Shown here in pieces: positions 1-10,356 of a stretch of DNA of 64,000 bases. The notes below the pieces were generated by a model. The model was not told the origin of the DNA. It searched no databases and saw only the letters and a list, made by a program, of their open reading frames with translations. Source of the stretch: Candidatus Thermosaccharophagus tengchongensis. Its GTDB lineage: Bacteria > Armatimonadota > Fervidibacteria > Fervidibacterales > Thermosaccharophagaceae. Made by a program: the position numbers and the translations under genes. How positions within the stretch are numbered: position 1 is the stretch's first letter; each line of letters begins with the position of its first letter. The DNA lies in assembly GCA_032161105.1 (NCBI GenBank), contig JAVHTD010000013.1; one strand, written 5' to 3'.

Positions 1-483
1 TGGCGCAATCAATGGCTCATAGCTCTTCTCAAACTTGGTGAGCGATTCGCCTCGGACTACAGGTGTTGAAAGCAATTGCACCAGAGTGCCACTCACCGAT
101 AGCCTCGTTGGCGATAGCTCAACACTTGGCAGCTGCCTTACTCCACCGACGATCGGTGCGGGTATGATTGAGATTTCGGGAGTAGGTTGAATTGCGCCTT
201 CACGCATCACTGTGCTCCACTTTAACTCCGCTCCGCCCTCACGGCTCAACACCGGAAGCCCAACAGGCACACCCTCCCTAACAGCCGCCTTCAATGGCGC
301 AATCAATGGCTCATAGCTCTTCTCAAACTTGGTGAGCGATTCGCCTCGGACTACAGGTGTTGAAAGCAATTGCACCAGAGTGCCACTCACCGATAGCCTC
401 ATTGGCGATAGCTCAACGCTTGGCAGCTGCCTTACTCCACCGACAATCGGTGCGGGTATGATTGAGATTTCGGGAGTAGGTTG
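1..483. repeat. Tandem direct repeat, period 294 bp (98 codons), inside the Ig-like protein gene
   Basis: 1-189 matches 295-483 with 3 mismatches (107/401, 124/418, 151/445). Confidence 0.95.
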
Positions 484-1371
484 CTTTATCGGCGCCCTCG
501 CTTCACCCAATTGAGCAGGTCTTGCAATTATGACTGCTCCATAAGATGGCTTCACCAGTGGGCGTTCGCCACCCCTTGGGCTTGTCTCTGGGCGCTGTAT
601 GACCGCTTCAACGGATTGATTTCTCACCGTAACGAGCACTTCAGGTGACGCGCCCTCTTGACCCTGCCCATCTACAGCCCACGCTTGAAGGATATAAAGA
701 CCATCGGGAAACACCGGCGAACCACCGATAGCGGAAGCTGTATCCCAAAGCACAGTCGCTTCGTATATGCGTTCTCTGAACACGCCACCCTTAGCGTAGA
801 GGATGTAATGCTTGCGCTTTTCGTCCTGTGAAGTCGCCTTAACGCCGACTTGGGCAAGCTGCCTATCGTCTTCAAATCTCGCAATGATTGCGACCACACC
901 CCTAACGACCGAGCCACTCTTTGGTGAGAGTATTTCAGCTTTCGGCTTAGTTGTGTCGGCACCTTTGTAAATTGTCACGCTCGCCTCGCCCATGCGGTTG
1001 CGTGCATCAAAAACTCGTATCGTGATTGTGTGAGGACCGTCTCGGAAGAATGTCGCATCCCACTCAAGCGTTTCCTGAACAGATGTGGTCGGCGGATTGT
1101 AGGTTAACCCTTCATCACCCCTCACGCCATCAACATAGGCTTCAGCCCTTATGAGCGGAGTCCCATCGGGGCTCCATGCTTGATACACAATCGGTATAAC
1201 CGTCTCCTTCACGAATGTAGCGCCATTTTGTGGGGCGACAATTTGAACGCGAGGGTTGCCTTGCGAAGCTTCTTGTTGGTTGGCTATGCCATTGTGCAAA
1301 AGTAGCGTAAGGCACACTACGGCAGCAAGTATTGGGGCAAAATATTTATGCCTTCCCTTCATCCCTCCCAT
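1..1371 (-). CDS. Secreted protein with two Ig-like (Big) domains followed by 98-aa tandem repeats; 3' end runs off the window
   Basis: Manual translation from ATG at 1371 (SD GGAGGT just upstream): MGGMKGRHKYFAPILAAVVCLTLLL (signal peptide), PRVQIVAPQNGATF...LEWDATFFRDGPHTITIRVFD, DTTKPKAEILSPKSGSVVRG...WDT...PDGLYILQAWAVD. The frame is open to position 1, so it is absent from the ORF track (no stop in window). Confidence 0.8.
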   Translation of the reverse strand, partial: MGGMKGRHKYFAPILAAVVCLTLLLHNGIANQQEASQGNPRVQIVAPQNGATFVKETVIPIVYQAWSPDGTPLIRAEAYVDGVRGDEGLTYNPPTTSVQETLEWDATFFRDGPHTITIRVFDARNRMGEASVTIYKGADTTKPKAEILSPKSGSVVRGVVAIIARFEDDRQLAQVGVKATSQDEKRKHYILYAKGGVFRERIYEATVLWDTASAIGGSPVFPDGLYILQAWAVDGQGQEGASPEVLVTVRNQSVEAVIQRPETSPRGGERPLVKPSYGAVIIARPAQLGEARAPIKQPTPEISIIPAPIVGGVRQLPSVELSPMRLSVSGTLVQLLSTPVVRGESLTKFEKSYEPLIAPLKAAVREGVPVGLPVLSREGGAELKWSTVMREGAIQPTPEISIIPAPIVGGVRQLPSVELSPTRLSVSGTLVQLLSTPVVRGESLTKFEKSYEPLIAP

Positions 1372-1621
1372 CTTGAGCACCTCCCACATTGCACAACCAC
1401 CACAAGGCTGTGCAGCATTAAAACTTCAGGTTGCAGTGTAACGACTTTCAAATGCTTTGTAAAGGGATAGCACCATAGTGACTTTAGGGCATTGTGCAAG
1501 CTCATGCGTCACCATTGACTATGGAGCAAACTCAAAGATTAGGCTGCAAAGCACGGCTATGAGCTACCCACGAGCCTTCAGTGCTACGGGCTGCCCAAGG
1601 CGAGAAAGGGTGACCAAAAGG

Positions 1622-3574
1622 ATGAGCAGCGAGAGAGCCCTTGAAAGTGAGCGCTTGCGTTCAAAGGTTGCAGCAATGCCGGATTGCCCGGGAGTATACA
1701 TGTTCAAAGATGGCGATGGCAAGGTCATTTATGTCGGGAAGGCATCATCCTTACGAAACCGCGTTCGCAGCTACTTCATTTCAAGTGCTGAGCGCAGTCC
1801 ATGGCATCATAAGTTGAGGCAACGCATGCGCGATGTTGAATACTTGGTAACGCGCACCGAGAAGGAGGCGCTAATACTTGAGGGCAATTTGATAAAGCTT
1901 TACCGACCACAATTCAACATACGCTTTAAGGATGACAAACGCTATCCGTTCCTCAAGATACCGATGCATGAACCCTTCCCACCGCTCCTAATTGTTCGGA
2001 CACCGAAGGATGATGGAGCACTATATTTTGGTCCTTTCACCTCCGGCAAAGCGCTCAAGGAAACGGTTGACATAATCAAGCGAGCTTTCGGGATGCGAGT
2101 CATGGTGCTCATCGGCGATAGGCGTCTGAGCGGCTGCCCATGGCGTGATACATCAAAGCGCATGCCGAGGGCTTGTTTGGAATACCACATAATGCGGTGC
2201 AGCGGTCCTTGCATTGGAGCGATAAGCGAGGAGGATTACAGCAGGGTTGTCAGGGAAGTTCGCGCCTTCCTTGAGGGGAGGCACACAAAGGTTGTTGAGG
2301 AGTTGCGCCACCAAATGATGGAGGCTGCCGAAAAACTTGAATTTGAGCGCGCCGCGAGGATAAGAGACCAAATATTCGCCATTGAAAGGGTCGTTGAAAA
2401 GCAAAGCGTTGTCATCGGAACATGTGAGGATGTAGACGCATACGGATATGCCGAAAGGGGCGGATGGGCTTGCATACAGATGCTTATCGTGCGTTCCGGA
2501 AGGCTGATAGGCAGTGAGCCGTTTATCGTCCACTCTACGGATGCAAAGTCACCCGCCGACCTGCTATCGGCATTCCTGAAGCAGCATTATTCATCGCTTG
2601 TCCCAATACCGCAAAGTGTCATCCTGCCAATGCCGATTGAGGATGCCGATGTGATGTCCGAATGGCTCTCTGACAAGCGAGGGGATAAGGTCACAGTGCG
2701 AGTTCCAACGAGGGGCAAGCTGAAGGAGCTGCTTGACATAGCGCAGCAAAATGCAGAGCAGGCTCTGATTGCCGAGCTTGAGCAGAGTGAGCGCAAACAG
2801 CACCTCATTCAAGAGGCGTTGGAATCGCTGCAGCGCTGCCTATCGTTAGACCGTCAACCCAAGCGCATTGAATGCTTTGACATCTCAAACTTGCACGGGC
2901 ATATAGCCGTCGGCTCAATGGTCGTGTTTCTGGATGGTCGTCCGGACAAAAGCTCATATAGGCGGTTCACGATAAAGATGCATGAAGGACTTCAGGATGA
3001 CTACGCCATGATGCGAGAGGTGCTAAGGAGACGCTTCATGAGGTTGCTCAGCGGTGATGAGAAGTTTATGACCCCTCCAGACCTTCTGCTCGTTGATGGC
3101 GGCAGAGGACAAGTGAATTGTGCCGTGCAGGTGCTGAATGAGCTCGGATTGAGCGGCATAAAGGTTGCTGGCTTGGCTAAGGAACACGAGCTCATCTACC
3201 TACCAAATGAGCCTGCCCCAATTGCACTGCCATATAACGATCCAGCCCTGTTGCTCCTCCAGCGAATAAGGGACGAGGCACACTCATTCGCAATAAGGCA
3301 TCACAGGGCGAGGCGGAGGAAGTTTGCATTGCGCTCCTTGCTTGATGAGGTTCCCGGCATCGGTGAGGTAAGGAAGCGACGCCTGCTAATGCGCTTTGGC
3401 AGCTTAGATGGGTTGAAGAGGGCGAGCATTGATGAATTGGCTTCCGTTCCGGGTATGACGAGAGAAGCGGCTATGAGGCTCTGGGAGTTCTTGCACACAG
3501 AGCAAGCTGCTCATCATGAAGAGCATGAACAATCAAGCACAAACAAAAGTGAACGAACTGACGGCGCGAGGTGA
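1622..3574 (+). CDS. uvrC: Excinuclease ABC subunit C
   Basis: GIY-YIG (PGVYMFKD..VIYVGKA), UVR motif (FERAARIRD), RNase H-like domain (RIECFDISN, DGGRGQ, RDEAH), C-terminal HhH (PGIG). Start trimmed from 1478. Confidence 0.97.
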   Translation: MSSERALESERLRSKVAAMPDCPGVYMFKDGDGKVIYVGKASSLRNRVRSYFISSAERSPWHHKLRQRMRDVEYLVTRTEKEALILEGNLIKLYRPQFNIRFKDDKRYPFLKIPMHEPFPPLLIVRTPKDDGALYFGPFTSGKALKETVDIIKRAFGMRVMVLIGDRRLSGCPWRDTSKRMPRACLEYHIMRCSGPCIGAISEEDYSRVVREVRAFLEGRHTKVVEELRHQMMEAAEKLEFERAARIRDQIFAIERVVEKQSVVIGTCEDVDAYGYAERGGWACIQMLIVRSGRLIGSEPFIVHSTDAKSPADLLSAFLKQHYSSLVPIPQSVILPMPIEDADVMSEWLSDKRGDKVTVRVPTRGKLKELLDIAQQNAEQALIAELEQSERKQHLIQEALESLQRCLSLDRQPKRIECFDISNLHGHIAVGSMVVFLDGRPDKSSYRRFTIKMHEGLQDDYAMMREVLRRRFMRLLSGDEKFMTPPDLLLVDGGRGQVNCAVQVLNELGLSGIKVAGLAKEHELIYLPNEPAPIALPYNDPALLLLQRIRDEAHSFAIRHHRARRRKFALRSLLDEVPGIGEVRKRRLLMRFGSLDGLKRASIDELASVPGMTREAAMRLWEFLHTEQAAHHEEHEQSSTNKSERTDGAR

Positions 3575-3715
3575 AAGCACCCTGAAAGAAGGGGAGCTCC
3601 TATTGCCCGACCATGCTTTGCCATATCAAACGGCACCGCAACACTCCAAAGCCAATCGCATGGAAAGCGGTTGGTGACCAAATCGGACTTGCAAGGGGTA
3701 TAAGGCGGTGTTGCC

Positions 3716-5182
3716 GTGATGACCAAAATGACGCGCAAGGTGCTCCTCCAAATCGGCATTGTGCTTTTTGTGCAGCTTCGTTCGCTGGCGCTTGAAAAGC
3801 TTGAGCCGCCATATGGCTGTTACATTGGCGCATTCATTGAGCGGGATGAGGTTGTCCGTGGCGACATAAAGCTGTTTGAGGAATTGACCGGCAAAAAGCA
3901 TGCAAGCTACATCACATATGTCGGCTACGGCTCACCGTTCCCAATTGATTGGGTGCGCAAGGTGATTGAAGCAAACGCGATTCCACACATTGCATGGGAG
4001 CCAAACGACGGGTTGGATGTTGTCCGAGATGACGAATATTTGCGTTCGTGGGCTCGCCAAGCAGCGCAGTTTGACTTCCCGATAATGCTGCGCTTTGCCT
4101 CCGAGATGAATGGCGCATGGAGCGCTTACTTTGGCGACCCGAGGAAATACATTGCCAAGTGGAGACTCGTTGCGAATGTCATGCGAGCGGAAGCCCCAAA
4201 TGTGGTCATGTTATGGGCACCGTTTTGCATGCCGAAAGAAAACATCAATGCCTACTACCCGGGCGACGAGTTCGTTGATTGGGTTGGTGTTAACATCTAT
4301 AGCGTCTACTGCCACAACGGGAATCCAAACGATAGAGCCCATCATGAAGACCCGGTTGAGCTTCTAAGGCATGTCTACAGAACTTATGCGCACCGAAAGC
4401 CAATAGCCATCGCCGAATATGCGGCAACTCATTACTGCAAGGGCACGAGGCGAGACACAACAGACTTTGCACTCGCAAAGATGGCTCGCATGTATGAAGC
4501 CATAGTCAGGGAGTTGCCGAGGGTGAAGATGATAAACTGGTTCAGCATGGACACGATAAAAATGGGGCTTGCCAACAATAACTACTGCTTGACGACGAAT
4601 GGCTATGTGCTCGCCGCATACAGGGCGCTCGTCTCATCAGAGCACTTTTTGAGCGAGCCATACTTTGGCAACTGGTTTACGCCAGTGAAGTTGCTGCCGC
4701 GCCGCCCATTGCAGCTTTTAGCCACTCCGCAACTGCATGGCATCCCAAGACAAAGGGAATGCATGCAACGGCTAAGATGGGTTGAGCCGATGAAGGCTAC
4801 CCCAAATGACGGCGTCTATAGCGCATGCGGGATAGCGCTTGTTGGGCTGCGCAAAGGCGAGTCCGTTTATGGCTCACGGCTTGTGTGGCTGCATGTCCCA
4901 AATGGCATTGATGTGCGCTATGTCGCATATAGGCTCAATGGCAGGGTTATCCTCATAACCAACAGACGCCCATACTATGCACGCATTGAACCGGTGGATG
5001 GACAAAGGCTCCATCGCTTGAGCATTTCAATCAACCTTGCAAATGGTGAAGCCATCACGCTGCCAGAAGTCCAATTTGAATTCGCCGGAGATGGGATTAG
5101 GAGCTCACACAGCTGTGAGGAGGATTCTAAAGCCAGCAATCCCAAGAGCGCCAGCGAGCAAGCGCAAAATCCAATCGGATGA
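3716..5182 (+). CDS. Glycoside hydrolase family 26 protein (beta-mannanase-like), secreted, with C-terminal Ig-like region
   Basis: WEP, LRFASEMNGAW, YYPGDEFVDWVG, KPIAIAEY motifs; N-terminal hydrophobic signal. Confidence 0.85.
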   Translation: MMTKMTRKVLLQIGIVLFVQLRSLALEKLEPPYGCYIGAFIERDEVVRGDIKLFEELTGKKHASYITYVGYGSPFPIDWVRKVIEANAIPHIAWEPNDGLDVVRDDEYLRSWARQAAQFDFPIMLRFASEMNGAWSAYFGDPRKYIAKWRLVANVMRAEAPNVVMLWAPFCMPKENINAYYPGDEFVDWVGVNIYSVYCHNGNPNDRAHHEDPVELLRHVYRTYAHRKPIAIAEYAATHYCKGTRRDTTDFALAKMARMYEAIVRELPRVKMINWFSMDTIKMGLANNNYCLTTNGYVLAAYRALVSSEHFLSEPYFGNWFTPVKLLPRRPLQLLATPQLHGIPRQRECMQRLRWVEPMKATPNDGVYSACGIALVGLRKGESVYGSRLVWLHVPNGIDVRYVAYRLNGRVILITNRRPYYARIEPVDGQRLHRLSISINLANGEAITLPEVQFEFAGDGIRSSHSCEEDSKASNPKSASEQAQNPIG

Positions 5183-5923
5183 AACTCGCCCCGAAAGAGC
5201 AGCGCCAACTTGCGCGCCGACTGTCATCCCCACACCGATGGCTATTGACTCAAGAATTTTGAACGAGGTCCCGGAAACGAAGTGCGTCAGCACACCGACA
5301 AACGAATTGGCGCAAACTGCAACCATTGATGTAGCTGTGGCGATGTGTGTCGGGATGCCAAGCAAACCGATGAGCATGGGCACAAGCATGATGCCGCCGC
5401 CAACCCCAACAAATGCGCCAACGGCTGCAACTGCGCATCCGAGAAGGGCGACAACGACGAAATTCTCCATCGCGCTTCGTTGAACCCTATCACACTCATG
5501 CGCAAGTGCATCACTGTAAAACCCTCTAACATGGTCAGCTGCCATATGGGCATGGCATTGCCTGCCCGCCTTGAGGAGCAAATATGCCGATAACCCGATG
5601 AGCAGCATTCCGAAGGCGAGATTGAAAAAAGACCTCCTTACGATGTGCGTGAGCATCACGCCGAATATGCTCCCGGGAATCATGCCAGTGATCAAAGCCA
5701 CAGCACACCTGTATCTTATGCGCCCCGCACAGGCATATGCGATTGACCCCGATAGTGAGTTCATGAACACCGCCATTAGGGACATCGCAGTTAAAGAACT
5801 CGGTTGCTCAAATGGATGCATCAAAAGCAACACCGGCATGAGGATGAAACCGCCACCGGCACCAATGATGCAGCCATACACACCGGCGAATAAGCCAATG
5901 AATGCGAGCAGGATAAATTTCAC
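5105..5923 (-). CDS. Sulfite exporter TauE/SafE family membrane protein
   Basis: Duplicated GxGGG..xP motifs (GAGGGFILMP, GVGGGIMLVP), ATATS, multiple TM helices. Confidence 0.9.
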   Translation of the reverse strand: MKFILLAFIGLFAGVYGCIIGAGGGFILMPVLLLMHPFEQPSSLTAMSLMAVFMNSLSGSIAYACAGRIRYRCAVALITGMIPGSIFGVMLTHIVRRSFFNLAFGMLLIGLSAYLLLKAGRQCHAHMAADHVRGFYSDALAHECDRVQRSAMENFVVVALLGCAVAAVGAFVGVGGGIMLVPMLIGLLGIPTHIATATSMVAVCANSFVGVLTHFVSGTSFKILESIAIGVGMTVGAQVGAALSGRVSSDWILRLLAGALGIAGFRILLTAV

Positions 5924-5975
5924 ACCTTATGCCTCCACTCACGCAAGGGACAACAATTTGGACTCACCTGAGCAC

Positions 5976-7424
5976 TCAAGCCTCAGCAGCACGGCGCTTT
6001 GTGCGCTCCTTACGCAGCTCCACCTTTCGCTTAAGCTCAATCGTTATCTCAACGGAGCGCTCCTTCAAAGGCATGGTCACTTCCCTGTGAGCGGGTTCGT
6101 ATCCGTCAGCAACGGCGTAGATATTCCATGTTGCCACTGAAACGCCCTCAAAAACAGCCCAACCGTCCTCATCGGTTTTGGCAAAGTATTGTCCACCCAG
6201 AGCGAGCGCCTTCTTCTGTGCTTGCTTGTTCATCCTCATGCGCAATTCAACGAGCCTCGGATCAACCTCCCTGAGGGAGATGAGCACACCCGCATCACCA
6301 ATGGGTAAGCCATCTTCAGCGCTGATGACGCGCACCTTCAGTGTTATTCCCTTTGTCACAATGACCTTACCGACATCCACCCTCACTTCATCGGCATCTC
6401 GCCTCAGGATTTGCTCAACCGCTTCATTTGGCAACCTCACAATTGTCGGCGCATAACCGTCAACCTCAAATGTGAGTGTGAATTCAACCTCGCCTCCAAC
6501 CGCAAACCTGATGTTCCCCTTCCACAGACCCACATCACCAACTGTCACATTAAACTTGCCCTCCCTATCCGTCTTGGAGGGCAGGTTGAAAGCTGCCATC
6601 ATGGCAAATTGGTTGCCACCTTTACCCCGCAGCCGAATTTGCGTCCCCGTCACCCTGAACGGTGTCTCAGCTAAGGGGTTGCCATCTTCATCCACAAGCA
6701 GCCCGCTAACTTGCAGGTTTAGTGCATTGCGCTTTAATCCCCCCACACCACCTAACGCCAACTGACCCATCTGCACCGCGATTAAGTCCAAACGCAATAT
6801 CGCTCCATCTTGCAATGTCACCGTCTGTGGCTTAAGCGATGTCGTAAGCAAACGCCTGAGTGGATCAGGGATGCGTGTTATCGCCCCAGCCAGAGCTGCG
6901 ACCTCGTATTCTCCGGGGCTCAACCCACGCACGAAATACATCCCAAACTCATCCACTTGTGTGCGCTCCCACTCCCTGTCACCAACCTTGCGATAAAAGA
7001 CTTGAGCGTCAATGACCACTTCACCCTTATCCGTCTTGACTACGCCCCAAATCATGGCGCCATCTTGCGAACGCATCTGACGGAGCGTCAACCAGACGCC
7101 AACACGGCTCTCATCGTTTGGCAGGCGAGTCTGCGATGTCGCCATAGTGCCATCAACTTCGTGGAGCGCACGCACAGTGTATGCTCCGGAGATAAGACCG
7201 CCAAATTTGAACCGTCCATTATCGTCCGCTGTCGTTGTGCGCGGAAGATTAAAGCGCACCCTCAACGGCTCGTCCGAGGAGGACAAAAGGACAGTGACAC
7301 CAGCCTTCGGAGTTTTTCCATCTGTGTCAAAGACCGTCCCAGCTATCTCACCAGCAATTGATGGAAGTTGAATGGCGCAGCAGGAGAGTATGACAACAAG
7401 CCATCCCACCAATCGCATCACCAT
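5976..7424 (-). CDS. Secreted carboxypeptidase-regulatory-like (CarboxypepD_reg/Cna-B) repeat protein
   Basis: Signal peptide; repeated G.V.D..G.P...A.V...TD..G.F...GL..G.Y.V patterns. Confidence 0.75.
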   Translation of the reverse strand: MVMRLVGWLVVILSCCAIQLPSIAGEIAGTVFDTDGKTPKAGVTVLLSSSDEPLRVRFNLPRTTTADDNGRFKFGGLISGAYTVRALHEVDGTMATSQTRLPNDESRVGVWLTLRQMRSQDGAMIWGVVKTDKGEVVIDAQVFYRKVGDREWERTQVDEFGMYFVRGLSPGEYEVAALAGAITRIPDPLRRLLTTSLKPQTVTLQDGAILRLDLIAVQMGQLALGGVGGLKRNALNLQVSGLLVDEDGNPLAETPFRVTGTQIRLRGKGGNQFAMMAAFNLPSKTDREGKFNVTVGDVGLWKGNIRFAVGGEVEFTLTFEVDGYAPTIVRLPNEAVEQILRRDADEVRVDVGKVIVTKGITLKVRVISAEDGLPIGDAGVLISLREVDPRLVELRMRMNKQAQKKALALGGQYFAKTDEDGWAVFEGVSVATWNIYAVADGYEPAHREVTMPLKERSVEITIELKRKVELRKERTKRRAAEA

Positions 7425-7658
7425 TTCACCTCATGTTGCGTTTAAGAATCGCCATCCCTCAGTCTATAAATTTTGACGCTGCTCGGCTGAGCGGATTTAC
7501 CGAATTAAAGCTTCGTCGCTAAAGTAATCCCCACCCTATAGTTTGGCAGCGATGGTGAGGTTGGTTGCTTCAAACTTGCCGCGCAGCAAACTTTTGAGTG
7601 AGCTGGCGCAGAGCAATTTGGTTTCACAGGGAAAGCACGGATGGGAAGGTGAAAGGTG

Positions 7659-9104
7659 ATGGGCATTGACACATTTGATGTTGTCGTGATCGGTGGCGGA
7701 CCGGGTGGATATGTTGCTGCGATAAGGGCTGCACAATCCGGCATGCGCACAGCCCTGATTGAGAAGTGGAAGCTCGGTGGCACATGCCTGAACAAGGGTT
7801 GCATACCGACAAAGGCAATGCTGCACGCAGCTTACATGCTCAGACGCGTGCGCACGCTTGATAAAATCGGCATAACCGCGAGCAATGTGGGGTTCAACTA
7901 CGACCGAATGGTCAGTTGGAGGGATGGCATAGTAAGCACTTTGAGGCGTGGCTTAGAGGGGTTGATGCGCTCAAACGGCGTTGAGCTCATCTTCGGCAAG
8001 GCGAGCTTTGTAAGCCCAAATGAGCTCAGCATCATCAGCAAGGGGAGCGAGTTCAAGATCGGGTTCAAGCACGCCATCATAGCGACTGGCTCAAAGCCAT
8101 CCAACTTGAGGTGCTTTAAGGGGTGCAAGAGTTGCCTTTTAAGCGAGGGCGCACTGTTCATGCAATCGCTGCCTCGCAAATTAGCCATCGTTGGCGGTGG
8201 CGCAATCGGTGTTGAATTGGCTTGGCTCTTCGGCTCACTCGGATGCAATGTAACTCTGATTGAACTCATGCCGAGGCTGCTCCCGACGATGGATTCCTCG
8301 CTATCGCGCGGCATTGAGATGCATTTCCGAAGGATGGGCATTAATGTGATGACCGCAACTTGCGTCACATCGGCTGAGGAGACACACGACGGGATAAGGC
8401 TTCAATGGGGGAGCCCGCCCGGCAAGGTGGTGGAGTCATCCGGGGATTGTTTTGAGGGTGTCATCGTCGCCGTGGGGAGAATTGCGGATACCGGTTCACT
8501 CAATGCGCATGCCGCGGATGTGCAACTCTGTGATGATGGCAGGGTGATGGTTGACTGCAGCCTTAAAACGAGCAATCCTCACATCTATGCCATCGGCGAT
8601 GTGATTAGAGCCGGCGGTTTTGCACATCAGGCGATGGCTGAGGGAGAGCTTGCGGTTGAGGCATTGCATGGCGTTCAAGTTGATATCAGCAAACTGCTGA
8701 TACCGCAGTGCATTTACACGCATCCCGAGATAGCCTCCGTTGGGTTGACAGAGGAGCAGATGCGCGAGCAAACCGATTCCGTGCTCGTCGGCGAATTCCC
8801 GATGAGGGCTAACGGGAGGGCGTTAACTTGCGATGAGCCGGAAGGCTTCGTCAAAATTGTCGGCGATAAGCGCACCGGTGTTGTGACTGGCGTGCACATA
8901 ATTTCGGCAGGGGCAAGTGAGCTTATAAGCGAGGGCACCCTTGCAATACAGCTCGGTATGAAGTTTGACGAATACATTAGGCTCATTCACCCTCATCCAA
9001 CGCTGTCGGAAGCCCTTGGGGAGGCTGCGATGGCTGCTATCGGAAAGCCATTGCACATCCCAAAACTCACGAGGAGGATTGGGAGAGTTAAAGGCAACGC
9101 ATGA
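7659..9104 (+). CDS. lpdA: Dihydrolipoyl dehydrogenase
   Basis: GGGPGGY, GGTCLNKGCIP redox disulfide, GGGAIG, HPHPTLSE. Confidence 0.95.
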   Translation: MGIDTFDVVVIGGGPGGYVAAIRAAQSGMRTALIEKWKLGGTCLNKGCIPTKAMLHAAYMLRRVRTLDKIGITASNVGFNYDRMVSWRDGIVSTLRRGLEGLMRSNGVELIFGKASFVSPNELSIISKGSEFKIGFKHAIIATGSKPSNLRCFKGCKSCLLSEGALFMQSLPRKLAIVGGGAIGVELAWLFGSLGCNVTLIELMPRLLPTMDSSLSRGIEMHFRRMGINVMTATCVTSAEETHDGIRLQWGSPPGKVVESSGDCFEGVIVAVGRIADTGSLNAHAADVQLCDDGRVMVDCSLKTSNPHIYAIGDVIRAGGFAHQAMAEGELAVEALHGVQVDISKLLIPQCIYTHPEIASVGLTEEQMREQTDSVLVGEFPMRANGRALTCDEPEGFVKIVGDKRTGVVTGVHIISAGASELISEGTLAIQLGMKFDEYIRLIHPHPTLSEALGEAAMAAIGKPLHIPKLTRRIGRVKGNA

Positions 9105-9126
9105 TAACTGATGCGGGTGATAGCGC

Positions 9127-10278
9127 ATGCTTAACTCACTGCTCATAAAGCCAGCTGGTCCGGATTGCAACATGCGTTGTGCATACTGCTTTTACCTGCC
9201 AAAGGCATCACTGTTCCACGAGAGCAAGGTGCACCGAATGAGCTACAAAGTGCTTGAGGCACTCACAGTGCAATACCTGCGCATCGCAGGGGATATAGCC
9301 TCATTCTGCTGGCAGGGTGGCGAGCCAACACTTATGGGGCTTGAATTCTTTGAGCGAGCTATGCACTTACAGCGGGCAAATGTAAGAAGCGGTCAAGCGC
9401 TGAGCAACACCATACAAACAAATGGGCTGCTGATCAATCACGATTGGGCGCGCTTCCTGAAGAGGCATGGATTTCTCGTCGGGGTGAGCTTGGATGGACC
9501 AAAGGAGTTACACGACCACTACCGAAAAGACGGCGCCCAAAGGGGTTCGTTTGATAGGGTCATGCGTGCTATTGAGTGCCTTCGTGAGCATGATGTTGAG
9601 TTCAACATATTGTGCGTGCTCAACGATGTCACGGTGAAGCATCCCGAAAGGCTCATTGAGTTCTTCCTGTCGCATGACCTTCGCTACTTGCAATTCATAC
9701 CGTGCGTTGAGTGGGATGAAAGCGGTGAGCGCATTGCGCCATTTTCCGTGACACCCGAGGCATATGGCGAATTCCTGTGCAGGGCATTTGACATGTGGCA
9801 CGGTGATGGCGTGCCTCAGTTCTATGAGCGCTTCTTCAACGATGTTCTTGCCGTCTATGCCGGATATGGAATGCCAACATGCGTAATGAAGAGGCGGTGC
9901 GGTGACTATGTCGTGGTTGAATATAACGGCGATGTGTATGCGTGTGACTTCTTCGTTGAGCCACAATGGAGGTATGGCAACCTGCTTGAAAGACCGCTTG
10001 AGGAGCTGCTGAAAATCCCCGTCGCGCTGCGCTTCAGGGAACGCAAGCGGTTGCTCTCAAGGGAGTGTTTAAGTTGCAGGTGGCTACATATATGCAATGG
10101 CGGTTGCCCGAAGTATCGCATGTTTGCTGGCGGAGTTGAGTGCGTCAATTATTTCTGCGGCGCATACAAGCGCTTTTTCTCACACTCCCACAGGCGCTAT
10201 CTTCGCATGGCAGAGCGCTTAAATGTAGTGGCGCATACAAAGAGCATGCTGCATTGGTGGCGACAACGAAGCCATTAG
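9127..10278 (+). CDS. Anaerobic sulfatase maturase (radical SAM/SPASM)
   Basis: KPAGPDCNMRCAYCFY, WQGGEPTL, QTNG, SLDGP, SPASM cysteines (CDFFV, CLSC..CNGGCPK..C). Confidence 0.92.
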   Translation: MLNSLLIKPAGPDCNMRCAYCFYLPKASLFHESKVHRMSYKVLEALTVQYLRIAGDIASFCWQGGEPTLMGLEFFERAMHLQRANVRSGQALSNTIQTNGLLINHDWARFLKRHGFLVGVSLDGPKELHDHYRKDGAQRGSFDRVMRAIECLREHDVEFNILCVLNDVTVKHPERLIEFFLSHDLRYLQFIPCVEWDESGERIAPFSVTPEAYGEFLCRAFDMWHGDGVPQFYERFFNDVLAVYAGYGMPTCVMKRRCGDYVVVEYNGDVYACDFFVEPQWRYGNLLERPLEELLKIPVALRFRERKRLLSRECLSCRWLHICNGGCPKYRMFAGGVECVNYFCGAYKRFFSHSHRRYLRMAERLNVVAHTKSMLHWWRQRSH

Positions 10279-10356
10279 GTTCATTCGGCATAATGTCAGT
10301 TTGATTGGCGAATGCCCGGCATGCATTGCGATCGCTGTGTCGGAGGGGTGGCTGAA

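Noticed and set aside
1..483. 294-bp repeat as a DGR template/variable repeat pair or a CRISPR array
   Set aside because: Differences are A/G in both directions and mostly synonymous, both copies lie in-frame in one CDS, there is no reverse transcriptase, and there is no short-repeat/spacer pattern
1520..1600. GCAAAC...GCAAAG...GGGCTGCC resembling a c-di-GMP-I riboswitch upstream of uvrC
   Set aside because: The GNRA-capped P2 and tetraloop-receptor P3 stems cannot be drawn convincingly
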